The position numbers were made by a program, and so were the translations under genes. The notes beneath the pieces were generated by a model. That model made no database searches. It was not told the origin of the DNA and saw only the letters and a program-made list of their open reading frames with translations. 64,000 nucleotides of DNA from Octopus vulgaris (lineage: Eukaryota), in assembly GCA_951406725.2 (NCBI GenBank), contig OX597840.1:15748001-15812000 (forward strand). Direction: 5' to 3'. How positions within the stretch are numbered: the first letter of the stretch is position 1; each line of letters begins with the position of its first letter. Below, piece after piece: positions 46,550-58,799 of the stretch.

Positions 46550-47448
46550 GATGAGCTTCTTTCAGTTTCTGTCTACCAAATCCACTCACAAGGCTTTGGT
46601 CAGCCTAAGGCTATAGTAGAAGACACTTGCCCAAGGTGCCACACATTGGAACTGAACCTGGAACCATGTTTCTTACCACACACGCTTGCATCTAATTGTA
46701 GGGATAATCTCAGGCAAATGTTTTTAACTCATTGTAACAATATATTTGGCTGTCATATTACTTCAATATTTATATAATTATTTTATTTCACCACTGAAGA
46801 TCAAAAACTAAATGAGAAAATCCGTGTAGCTACAAACAACAGCTAAACAGCCTTCAAATTACATCCTCTTAAAATAAAATAACAATACCTCAGTTAATGC
46901 TGTCACAGACATACAAGAAGACAATTTCTTTTAAAGAATTTTCCAGAACCAATGATGTGAGGTGTAAATTGAGAAATGTTTAGTGTTCAAGCATAAGAAT
47001 CCTTCTGGCAGGTGATAAATCTACAATTAAAACCATGAGGTCTTGAATTATTAGTGAAAACATTCACGTTACAGTTACAGACTATTGGAATTTACTCTCC
47101 AAATAAAGTATAAATCATTGGTTTTAAGGCTAGCAATTTTGGGGGAGGGGTAGGATGAATACATCAACCCAAGTATTCAACTGGCATTTATTTTATTGAC
47201 CCCCAAAGAATGAAAGGCAAAGTCAACCTCTGCAGCATTTGAATACAAAATGTAAAGACAGACAGAATGCTGCTAAACATTTTGCCTGGGGCAGTAACAA
47301 TTCTGCTGCCTCATCACCTTAAATAAAGTTAAGTTATTGAGGCAGGAGATGTGATATCCACTGGCTTAGGAACAAAATTTGCTTAACGGGTGCAAAACCA
47401 GGCCCCAAAATATTTACAAATAAGGTCATGAATTTTGTTTTTTTATCT

Positions 47449-47818
47449 ACTCTTTTACTTGTTTCAGTCATTTGACTGTGGCCATGCTGGAGCACCACCT
47501 TTAGTCGAGCAAATCGACCCCAGGACTTATTCTTTGTATGCCTAGTACTTATTCTATCGGTCTCTTTTGCTGAACCACTAAGTTACGGGGACATAAACAC
47601 ACCAGCTTCGGTTGTCAAGCAATGTTGGAGAGGGGGACAAACACAGACACACAAACATATACTCACACACACACACACATTATATATATATACATATATA
47701 CGACAAGCTTCTTTCAGTTTCTGTCTACCAAATCCACTCACAAGGCTTTGGTCGGCCCGAGGCTATAGTAGAAGACACTTGCCCAAGGTGCCATGCAGTG
47801 GGACTGAACCTGGAACCT
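47449..47818 (-). mobile_element. CORE-type SINE copy
   Basis: Reverse-complement homology to the 24521 copy. Confidence 0.9.
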
Positions 47819-48549
47819 TGAGAAGAAATCTAACTTTGAGTTACGTTTTACAGATCACTTTTTATTCAGTTTTCTAAACCTGAGTAAAGTTAGTAGGGGT
47901 ACAAATTTTGATTTTGCTCCCCATGGAAATTTTAGTGGGTGTGCCTGCACCCCCTGCACCCAGGTCCATGGTGACATCTACAAGCTTTTGGAAAGAACAA
48001 AAAGTGAGAATATGAAGGTGTTTATTGTGGAGGTTTCAGTCAAGAACTAATAAAGTTGAAGAATAAAATCTTTACAACTTATCCATCTTGAAATTCATAA
48101 AGCAACAAACTTTTTTCAGTGCCATGTGAAAAGCACCCATAACAGAGTCACATAAAGAATTCCCTTGTAAGAAAACACCTGTGCAGTACACTCAGTAATG
48201 TATGGTGTTAGGAAGGGCATCCAGCAATAGAAATGATGGCCAAAATAGACAACTGGGGCCTGGTGCAGCCCTCCAGTTTGCCTGCACATGTCAAGCCATC
48301 CATGCCAGAATGGAAAACAAACATCAAATGATGATGATTTGCATTGACATAATTCCCATCATATTAAACTTTACCAGTCTTATATCATCTCCCACACAAG
48401 ACTATAAATACAAGCATTTTGCTTGGAAGGTGTTGCAACAAACTGTTATGATAGACAGGAGGTGGTCAACAAGAGAGTTATTTGGTCCTATTATATAGGG
48501 TGGGGGCAAAATGAGCTGACACATTTGTAGGTTTAATAAAAGCAAAATA

Positions 48550-49580
48550 ACTGCTCCAAAATTTTCCACTTGATATCATATGGGATCTTTTCATTTTTGA
48601 AGTGCTACACATGGCTAAACAGGGATGTGACAAATCGTCTTTCTAGGATCCTGAAGAAGGCCTTGTAATTGTACAGGCATTGCTTGAACACCATCCCGGC
48701 TTGGACATTAGTAGTGTTCACATTATTGACACATCTTGAACGTTAGTAGTGTTCACATTATTGACATCTTCAGTTGGCTCTGGGCCTGATGATGATGTTA
48801 CCACTGGTGTTGTTGAGGCATTGCCGGACACACATATCATAACAGGACTGACAGCAACCTCAACAACACCGATGACAACATCTCCAGACCCAGAGTCACC
48901 CAAAGGTGCACCAGTAATGTGAACACAACTAACACCCAAGCCTGGAAATATATTGGGTCAGCCAGACAGCCTTCAAATAATGCCTGTTCAATCACAGGTT
49001 CAGGGTCTCAGAAAGATGATTTGTCACATCCCTGGCCAGCCATATGTGGCACCTCAAAGATAAGGGATCCCATACGATATCAAGTGGAAGATCTTTGAGC
49101 AGTCAGGATCTTACATCAATGGGAATATACGCTGCAAGCTTTGCATAGCTGAGTGAGCTAGGATGCTCAAAAACTCCTTGTAACCCAGATCACTGAATAC
49201 TCACCAAGAACTCTTCAGCCCATACATCCATATCAAGTGTTATTTGCTGCAAGCATGGGATTCCTTGTTCTCTGACAAAGCTTGGAAGGGTCCTTACAAT
49301 CCAAAAACAGCCCAAGGGATAAATCCTTTGTCCCCCGCCCTTCTCCCAGCCCACAAATAGCTAGTCTAAGGGAGATAACCAGTCCTCACTGATGCCGGAC
49401 TATTTATTCTTTGATGACCAAATGACCGTAACAGAAGAGTAATATTTGACTTCAGACTAGAGTCTGATGAGACATTTGCAAGGCTACAACCTTCATGGAT
49501 GCGAAACCATTGGTCACTCTCTGACCAGACATTAACTTTATTATTTTAATACTTTACTGTTCTATACTTCTGAGTGTGCT
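48550..49580 (+). mobile_element. Penelope-like element relic: inverted 5' duplication, GIY-YIG C-terminus and pLTR with hammerhead
   Basis: WKYIGS, LASHMWHLKDK, IPYDIKWKI and RCKLCIAE remnants at 48940-49260; 48550-48828 is the reverse complement of 48848-49103. Confidence 0.88.
49459..49520 (+). ncRNA. Minimal type-I hammerhead ribozyme, intact core
   Basis: Stem I AGAGU/ACUCU, CUGAUGA, paired stem II, GAAA, palindromic stem III CCAUUGG, GUC cleavage site at 49515. Confidence 0.88.
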
Positions 49581-49770
49581 TCTTTTTCAGATACATGATA
49601 CACTGACGATGTATATACGTGTCTGTGTATGTAAAGCTATATATATATATATGTGTGTGTGTGTATCCTTGTGTCTGTGTTTGTCCCCCATCACTACTTG
49701 ACACTCAGCGTTGGTGTGTCTACCTCCCCATAATCTAGTGATGCAACAAAAGTGACTGATAGAATAAGTA

Positions 49771-50089
49771 AAAATGATAAACATCACCCTTTTCAAGCCT
49801 AGCCAGACTCATGGGTCCAGTTTCCCAGTTTCTGTGGTGTGTGTGTTCCCCCCAGCTGGACGGGACACCAGTCCATCACAGCGTTACTCAAGAAACAGGA
49901 AGAGAGAGTGAGAGAAAGTTGTGGCGAAAGAGTACAACAGGGTTTGCCACCATCCCCTGCCAGAGCCTTGTGGAGCTTTTAGGTGTTTTCGCTCGATAAA
50001 CACACACAACGCCCAGTCTGGGAATCGAAACCGTGATCCTCCGACCGTGAGTCCACTGTCCTAACCACTGGGCCATTGCGCCTCCATGC
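49771..50089 (-). mobile_element. tRNA-derived SINE with V-domain-like block, nested in a CORE-type SINE
   Basis: A-box tggcccagtgg, B-box gtttcgattcc, gatggactggtgtcccgtccag block; 11-bp TSD tagaataagta at 49760-49770 and 50090-50100. Confidence 0.88.
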
Positions 50090-52110
50090 TAGAATAAGTA
50101 CTAGGCTCAAAACTGGTGTTGATTTGTTTGACTAAAACCCTTCAAGGTGGTGCTCCAGCAATGCCGCAGTCAAATTACTGAAACAACTAAAAGAATATCT
50201 GGCCCAAATATTCTACCTGTTTTATGTTCAAACTGGCCAGATCTGGCCTCTCACACCTACCCTACAATGTCATTCTATTAATAATCACATCAAAATCCTC
50301 CAAGATAATCCATGATTAATCCAAAGACAATGTGAATAAAAAAGCATCGCATTTGATAGACTAATCTGTCTGCTAATGGATTAAATGAGTGAAGCTACCA
50401 TTTTATAGACACTTCATTCAGAATTCCAATTTCTGTTTTTTCACACATCTACTTGAGATAAGTGTTTGACAAAATAGGTCAAACTAGTGGTTGGACGTGT
50501 TCTTTACAGCTCTGAACTGTCAGCTGGAGACACAGGAATGCAATTACAACCCATCTGTACATTTGAATTTGTCATTCAAAATAACTTTAAAAACCTCAAA
50601 TTCGTCAATTTTCTGCAAGTATAAGTGTTTTCTTTTATTATTCAAATACATACACATCTCCTCTACCACAAGAACACTTCTAAATGCCAATGGAGCACAA
50701 TTATTTCTTTCCTGAAAGGGGCGAGGAAGAGATACTAGTTAAAAATGGCTTTTAGGCACACCGACAGGAGTGTCTCCTCATGACTTTCAGAAAAACAGGC
50801 ATTTTTGATGAAATTTTCTACAAATACCTTCCAAGTAGAATAGATTGTATCAGAATTTAATGGAGTAAAAATTAGTGTATGCCAGGAACATATCACCTAG
50901 AATAAAATAGATCAATAGCAACATTTTCCTCTTTTGGCAAAGCATGCACCTAATTCAGTAAAATTATGAACGTTATTCAGATTGCAAAATGCTTTATTTT
51001 TATTTTTTTATTTTTTGTAGATGAGGTCGGCATAATTCGCCCCTGCTTTTCAATCTCAGTATTTAAGTTACGTGTAATACTGCTGTAGTACACATGCAGC
51101 GTACATTATTACATTTTCTTTACAAGCTATAAAGGCAAAAGTAAATCTGCCTTCAACTCAGTCACATGCCTGTGTTTTTGCTTATCTTTTGTGTGTTTTA
51201 CTGCATAAAGGTCACCAACTGCCTACCCTGAGTAATTACTGACAGCACATGCCTGCTGCATGCATATACATACATATTGACACACATCACGTAGAAAATT
51301 GTTTTGTGTTAGTTTGTATGTATATGGTTCATGTCCAACTTTCACTGGTATACTTTCCACCTGTTTCCTGACTAGCATTACCTTTGTTTTTTTGACTGCT
51401 GATTCTCAGCCCCGTCTTTGACACTTCCCTTTCCATTTTTGTTGTCATTTCTTGTAAGACCCCTGCATGCTTATCAAGACAGAATGACAAATGAAGCCAT
51501 TCTACAAGCAGCAAGAGTAAGGCTCCTGCATGCAACTGTAACCAAATGATGAATGAGAATGGCTGGACACATACTAAGTCTCCCAGAGGAGAGGCTTGTC
51601 AAAACAACCATGGGCTGATGCAGCTGGAAGATAAAAGTAAAAGAGGCTGGCCAAGGAAGACATGGCATAACACCTTCAAAGAAGACCTACACAGACTGGA
51701 CATCAGCATAATGGATGGCCAGAGACGGAGATAATTGGCTATTACTGACTGCTTGATGTGCTGCTCAAAGGTACCAATGAACCTAAGAAGAAGGATGTGT
51801 GTGTGTGTGTGTGCACCTACCCATTTTTCTTGTGTTTTTTTTACATTAAATTCCAATATAATCATAATTTATATCATCTATAGAAAATTTCATAACAAAT
51901 TACCCATTTTTCTTAATTTTCTTCTTTTTTTTTTATTAGTTTACTTGTTTCAGTCATATGACTGCAGCCATGCTGGAGAACTGCCTTGAAGGGTGTTTTA
52001 GTCGAAGAAATCAACCCCAGGTTGTTCATTTTTTTTTTTCAGTCTGCGGAGAAATGGCTAAAATTCACCCTGTTTATAATTATACCATATGTTACATATA
52101 TATATTTATA

Positions 52111-52550
52111 GGTGCAGGAGTGGCTGTGTGGTAAGTAGCTTGCTTACCAACCACATGGTTCCGGGTCCAGTCCCACTGCATGGCACCTTGGGCAAGTGTC
52201 TTCTACTATAGCCTCGGGCTGACCAAAGCCTTGTGAGTGGATTTGATAGAAGAAACTGAAAGAAGCCTGTCGTGTATGTATGTATGTATGTATGTATGTA
52301 TGTATGTGTGTGTGTGTGTGTGTGTGCGTGTATGTATATGTTTGTGTGTCTGTGTTTGTCTCCCCAACATCGCTTGACAACCGATGCTGGTGTGTTTTCG
52401 TCCCCATCACTTAGTGGTTCAGCAAGAGAAACTGATAGAATAAGTAATAGGCTTAGAAAGAATAAGTCCTGGGGTCGATTTGCTCAACTAAAGGCAGTAC
52501 CCCAGCACGGCCACAGTCAGTTGACTGAAACAAGTAAAAGAATAAAAGAA
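52111..52550 (+). mobile_element. CORE-type SINE copy
   Basis: Homology to the 24521 copy. Confidence 0.9.
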
Positions 52551-53209
52551 TATATATATATTTAAAAGCAAAAAAAAAGAAAATGGAGATTAGGAAGTTA
52601 ATGCTCAATAAGCATTAAATTATGAGCATAATATCATCAGAGGGGAAAAGATGTACATTTGGATGCTATATGTGTGTTTGTGGATTCACTTTAGCAGACT
52701 GAATGTTACGGTTTATGAAGATAACCAATTTGCTGTTAATAATAAACAATTACCAAAGCCGGTAAGCTGGCAGAAACGTTAGCACGCCGGGCGAAATGCT
52801 TAGCTGTATTTCATCAGTCTTTACATTCTGAGTTCAAATTCCACGAAGGATCAATAAATTAAGTATCAGTTGCATACTGGGGTCAATCTAATCAACTGAC
52901 CCCCTCCCCAAAAGTTTCGGGCCTTGTGCCTAGAGCAGAAAAGAATAATGAACAATTATTAACTTCCTAATCTCCATTTTCTATTCTTGTTTTAAATTAA
53001 TATAAACTATATGTTTTTATATATATACTTATTATTTTAAGGAAATTCATTCCCCAAAATTACTATGTATTGAACCAGTATTTCCTTAGATGAAACCATC
53101 CCTTCATGAGGCTAATACAAACTCCAATTGAGTTTACCGATAATGGTTCTTTTAACATACCAAACTACTTGGTAAAATTATTAATTAATTAATTTTACCC
53201 TTTATCATT

Positions 53210-53714
53210 CATCATCATCATCATCATCATTTAACGTCCGCTTTCCATGCTAGCATGGGTTGGACGGTTCAACTGGGGTCTGGGGAGCCCGAAGGCTGCA
53301 CCAGGCCAGTCAGATCTGGCAGTGTTTCTACAGCTGGATGCCCTTCCTAACGCCAACCACTCCGAGAGTGTAGTGGGTGATTTTATGTGCCACCGACACA
53401 AGTGCCAGACGAGGCTGGTGAACGGCCACGTTCGGATGGTGTTTTTTATGTGCCACCGACACAGGTGCCAGACGGCCACGCTCGGATGGTGTTTTTATGT
53501 GCCACCGACACAGGTGCCAGATGAGGCTGGCGAACGGCCACGATCGGATGGTGTTTGTTACGTGCCCACAGCACGGAGGCCAGTCGATGCGGTACTGGCT
53601 ACGGCCACGTTCGGATGGTTTTCTTGTGTGCCACCGGCACTGGTACCACAAAGATACAAATTCCATTGATGTTCATCTATTTTGATTTGTTTTGATTTTC
53701 ACTTGCCTCAACAG
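53210..53714 (-). mobile_element. RTE 3' UTR fragment
   Basis: Same 3' UTR and tail as the 10449 element, with internal gtgccaccgaca repeats. Further fragments near 395-612, 29135-29310 and 43492-43770. Confidence 0.85.
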
Positions 53715-53892
53715 ATATTGTATAAAGGATTGTAAGGCCAAAACAATGCAAAATAAATGCAAGGTAAATCACAAGAAAACAAATATGTGAATTAATGTAG
53801 ACTTACCTTTTATTCAGTATTTCGAGGTTATGACCCCATTTTCAAGAAATTGACGAATGTTGCCAATGTACTTCATAGTAATTATCCCATTG

Positions 53893-53930
<38 letters not shown>

Positions 53931-54199
53931 TGTGTGCGTCCCATACCACTGATTGAAAACCAGTGCTGATGTGTTTATGTTCCCATAACTTAGCAGTTTA
54001 GTAAAAGAAACCGATAGGATAAATACTAGGCTTAAAAAAAACAAAAAACAATCACTTGTATTAGGTCTCAGAGCTGTCACAGACTTCATTAATTTCTGTA
54101 AAAAGTTTTTATCTATTTACTTTTGTTTTTCATGACATGTTGAAGGTGACATTTGCTTTGAAGCCGGTGGAAAGTGAAATTGACAAAATATACTCTATG

Positions 54200-54510
54200 A
54201 AATAACCAACCATTACTAAATAGAAATATTCCTACTTCAAACAGTTCTTTTTCTTTTTTTACCTCCGAGAAAATTCTAAACTGTATTTTTCAGTTTCCAA
54301 AGTCTTTTCAGAACTTGTCCACTAGAAAGAAAGACCACCTCACTAAAGGAGAACATGTTTGTCATCTTCCGATCTAACATTTTGCAATATTCTTAAATTC
54401 TTGTATTTCATATTGTTGCTCTAAAGTCTAATTTTATTCACATATTTCACAACCGTTAATATAACATATAGCATGTTTAAAATTTGTTTTTCTCCACACG
54501 ATTTCATAAA
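54200..54510 (-). mobile_element. hAT (Buster/SPIN/GTF2IRD2-like) transposase relic
   Basis: VVKYVNKIR, SEVVFLSSGQVLKRLWKLKNTV*NFL and WLFHRVYFVNFTFH match the hAT EVRWLSRGxVLxRF and WLxDLAFLVDIT blocks. Confidence 0.75.
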
Positions 54511-54639
54511 GGAATTTTAGTAGAGACTGTTCTAAGAAGTTGTAGTACTAATAACTTAACGATCCAATATAGCTGTCTAAGAGTACAAATACTGGCGAAT
54601 TTACAGAAATGTGCTTCTAGATTTACCAAATACAACTTC

Positions 54640-56990
54640 ATCTTCTCAATGTTGAGAATGTCACCGCCAATGCAGAGAGAGGGAACTTGAAGTGGTGGAT
54701 GAGGATTGTGTTGATGTATTACTTCTGTTTTCTAGGTGTTAACCTCCAGACTGAGTTGTTGATAAACGCTCTGACATCCAGGACATGCTGCACTGATTCT
54801 TGATCGTGAGTTGGCAGACCACAGTCAGCAATATACTGGAAGTCTGAGATTTTGATTTGAATCATCGGAGATTGAAAACACTAATCGTGATTCCATTGTC
54901 AGGATCGAGGTTGCTCCACACGAGGAGATTTATGGCCATGAGAAAGAGATTGGAAAGAACTGGAGCAAGAAGTATGCAGCCTTGTTACATGCCAGAGCTA
55001 ACATCAAAAGGGTCTGATCCTGACCGACGATGACCACTTGAGCTTTTATGCCCTCATGAAACTTGAATGAGTCGCAAAATCCTTTGTAGATGCTCAAGCT
55101 TTTGCAGAAGACTCTAGAGAAGCATGCAATTTACAGTGTTGAATGCTTTGATAGATCGACAAAAATCAAGTAGAGATCTCGATACTTCTTTTGAATCTAG
55201 CGTGCAACAAAAATTATGTCAATGGTACCACTATTTCTGTGGAAATCACACTGTGATTCTGGGAGAATTCTCCGAGAGAAATGAGACCAGTCTAGAGAGG
55301 AGAATATGAGCTAGGATTTTCCCAACCACTGCCAAGAGGGAAATCATGTAATTCTTTCCACAGATGGAAGAATCTTGTAGACGGAGATGATGTTCCTGAG
55401 GAAGGGGGCCAGTGTCTCAGATACTGCTGAACAGTTTGTGAAGATGGCTGTGTTGTGCGATGCCACCATACTTGTAGATCTCAGGAGGGGTGACATCTGA
55501 TCCAGGTGACCTCCTGTTGTGGAGAGATCGGACCACCAAAGAGACCTCGTCAAAGAAATTGGAATATCTAGCTCTTTGATGATGGGGAAGTTGGGAAATT
55601 GACTCAGAGCAGCCAGTTCAATCACATGTTGACACTTGAGAAGATCTTTGAAATGCTGTGCCCATCACACGAAGATTTGGTCAGAATCCTTCAGAAGTAC
55701 GTTTCTGCCAGCACTGCAAACAGGTACATTGTGCTTGGACAATCGATCTATAGATCGATTTGGTGACTCCATGAAAGTAGTAACTATTATTGGTGTCAAA
55801 GTTGCACTGAATCTCTTCGGTTTTCTTGATTCATCAGCTGTTCTCCATTTGCCACAGGAAGCGTTGGACGTCAGAGCAAAGAGAATGCAACTCATCATTA
55901 AGATACAAGGACAAGGGATTTGTGAAAAACGCATCTTGCGCATTGTTCTTCGCTGCGAGATCACAAGTTTCTGCCTGATTGTCATCAAACCAGTCTTAAT
56001 GACGGCATTTAGTGAAGCCAAGAGGATCTGTGGCAGCAGCAAGTAATGGTTCTCTGAGAGAGAGAGAGAGAGCCATTCGATGTTCGATTCCGAAGGAGCA
56101 AGAGAATTTTAAAGCTCACTATGTATTTGGAGTTTCAGTTCATTTTGCTTTGCTTGAGACTTAAGGAGATCATATTTGAGCTTAGGTTTCAGAGACTTGT
56201 AGGTGTATCTGAGAGCAGAGTCGAGACCAAACGAGGTGGTGGTTAGTCTAACATTCGGTTCATGCATTGCTCTTGTTGGAAGGACATCTTGGATGTTGCA
56301 TTGGCACTCTGGAATGTAATCCTAGAGATGTCAGTGCTTGGACCAAAGATGTTACCAAGAAGTTTTGTACTTAGAGGCTTATTGAAAAATTGGGTTTGTG
56401 ATCACAAGTCCATGCTCAGCACAAAGAGCAAGAAGACGAAATCTGTTCGCATTAACCAGACATCACAGTCAGGTCTGATGTCACCTAAAACAAAGATTTT
56501 ATCTTTTTGAGGCATGGAGCGGATCAAGTTGTCCAGCTCGTCATAAAAAGAGTCCTTGACATCTTCATGACAGTCAAGAGTCAGTGCAAACACACTGATA
56601 CAGGGGTTAGTTTGACCTCCAGCCACAAGAACAGAGTCATCAGTCTTTCATTGATACCAACTGGTATCTCAGGAAGTTTGGGAAGCAGTGTGTTCCTGGT
56701 GGTTAAGCCCACACCATATATGCACTGCTCATTTCTTGGAAAACCTTTTCAGAAAAAACATGTAGCCAGATTCCATTACAAATCCTTCATTAGCAAAGCG
56801 AATTTCGCTGAGGACCACGATATTGATTTCATATCGGGTGAGTTCAGTGCAATGAGTGCAGTCCAATGTCAGGGTGGGTCTATGGTTGTGGAATCAATCT
56901 CTTTTTCCATTAGTGTATGTACATTCCAGCAGGCAACTTTCAGAAGAACTTCATGCTTCTTTTTCACAGTTCGACTGCAGAAGATGATGT
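54640..56990 (-). mobile_element. Old, heavily degraded RTE/BovB-like LINE (APE plus RT)
   Basis: ISVFALTLDCHEDVKDSFYDELDNLIRSMPQKDKIFVLGD (APE), RWAQHFKDLL and KAFNTVN remnants. Confidence 0.85.
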
Positions 56991-56999
56991 TTTGGTGGG

Positions 57000-57385
57000 T
57001 CATTTTGTTCCGAGTTCAAATTCTGTCGAGGTCGACTTTACCTTTCATCCTTTCGGGGTTGATAAATTAAGTACCAGTTGCATACTGGAGTCAATCGATG
57101 TAATCGACTAGTCCTCTCCCCCAAATTTCAGGCCTTGTGCCTTTAGTAGAAAGGATTATTATTATTATTATTATCATTATTAAGGTGGCAAGCTGGCAAA
57201 ATCATTAGCATGCTAGGCAATATGCTTAGCGGCATTTTGTCTGTCTTTATGTTCTGAGTTCAAATTCGTCCTTTTGGTGTCGATGAAATAAGAACCAGTA
57301 GAACACTAAGGGCGATGTAATCAACTAGTCCCCTTCCCCAAATTTCAGGCCTTGTGCTTACTGTAGAAAGGATTATTATTATCAT
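57000..57385 (+). mobile_element. Tandem dimer of Meta-domain-like SINEs
   Basis: Same unit as the 25972 array. Confidence 0.8.
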
Positions 57386-57460
57386 TTAGTGGAACTAGCT
57401 GTGAGTTTCATGTGTTGGCACTTATGAATGAACAAAAACGAAACTTTCAGACCTTGAGTC

Positions 57461-57505
<45 letters not shown>

Positions 57506-57942
57506 CATTGGTTGTGGTAAATGCAGTAAGCCTCAAACAGGCAAGGCTTGTAAAGATAACACAAAGGAGACAATATCTGCTCAATATGGTTTATTAAACA
57601 ATGTATCCAATACACTTGGTCACAAATCAAATACATACATACATATTCATTTTTGTATTTAGTTTTCAAGATTCTGTATGTGAATTTGTGTGTTGAAGCA
57701 TAATTTATTGTGTCTGGGGAGAGTTATTCTGTTTTAATGCCTTATTAATTAACACACTCACTGGTTCAATTACCACTCATTTATTATTTTGTTTTTCTAA
57801 AATTTTCGTTGCTTCTTGCAACCTCTTCAATAGTCGTCAATGACTATATAAGTAAATGCGTGGAAATCGAATTGGTGAGTGTGTTAATTAATAAGGCATT
57901 AAAACAGACTGACTCACCCTAGACACAATAATAGATAGATAG

Positions 57943-58038
57943 ATGGCTTATCTTACCAATCAGTTTCACAGCAGAGGTTCAACCGAGTGTTGGGTAACAA
58001 CCCGATTATGTAAGCCTGAGCTCATCAGAGGTAGCCAT
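57943..58038 (-). ncRNA. Minimal type-I hammerhead ribozyme with long stem II
   Basis: Minus strand auggcuaccu-CUGAUGA-(long hairpin)-GAAA-cugauug-GUA-agauaagccau. Confidence 0.75.
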
Positions 58039-58397
58039 TTATATATATGGTTTGCTGAGTATCCGAAATGCTGTTTGATCCACAATAACAAATTACAAGA
58101 GCAGTACATAACATTTCAACCGCTATGATTTAATTAGTCCAGGGTTCCACTGAGTGACTGCATACACATTTTCCGCTGACACCTCCTCACTATTTTGTGT
58201 TTGTGTAATCAGCCAGGCATACATACACATACATATATATTACATAAATATGATACACACGCATATATATAATTACACATATCATACACACACAAATATA
58301 TATGGAAGTACCCAGTGTAAGTTATGGACACATAACAGGTGCAGCAACATTCAGTTGTAAAACAAACAAAAAAAAATGAGCACTTTATTTTAACATT

Positions 58398-58625
58398 TTG
58401 CCAGACAAATTGCTATGGCCAAACCAAGTTCCTTTCTGAAGTGGTATATGATTTTTTGCAGTCTTCTTACAACTTTTCTTGTTGCACTGAAACCTGTGCT
58501 CTGAGTGACATCATCCGGCCCGCTTCACTTCGTAAATTTTTCTCAGTACAGTTTAACAAGATGGGCAACGCATTTGTTTTGCTAGGAACCCAAGTTGATG
58601 GCAATAACTTTTAACCTTTTTATAA
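58398..58625 (-). mobile_element. Merlin (IS1016/IS1595-related) transposase N-terminal zinc-finger relic
   Basis: GFLAKQMRCPSC*...RFQCNKKSC...LQKGTWFGHSNLS, with two in-frame stops. Confidence 0.72.
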
Positions 58626-58799
58626 TACTTCTTTTTACCTGGGCAAATTTCTCTGAAATTTTATCGCCAAGAAACAAAGCTGGCCAGTATGGGATTTTTG
58701 TCTGATTTCCAGGCCATTTGAAACGTATATGTAAAAAGGCGATCTTTCGTTTTGAGAACAGTTTACATCACTTCTTAATGCACGTGGGTTTATTTATGT

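Noticed and set aside
50010-50089. tRNA gene
   Set aside because: The A/B boxes belong to a SINE head; no complete cloverleaf or acceptor stem.
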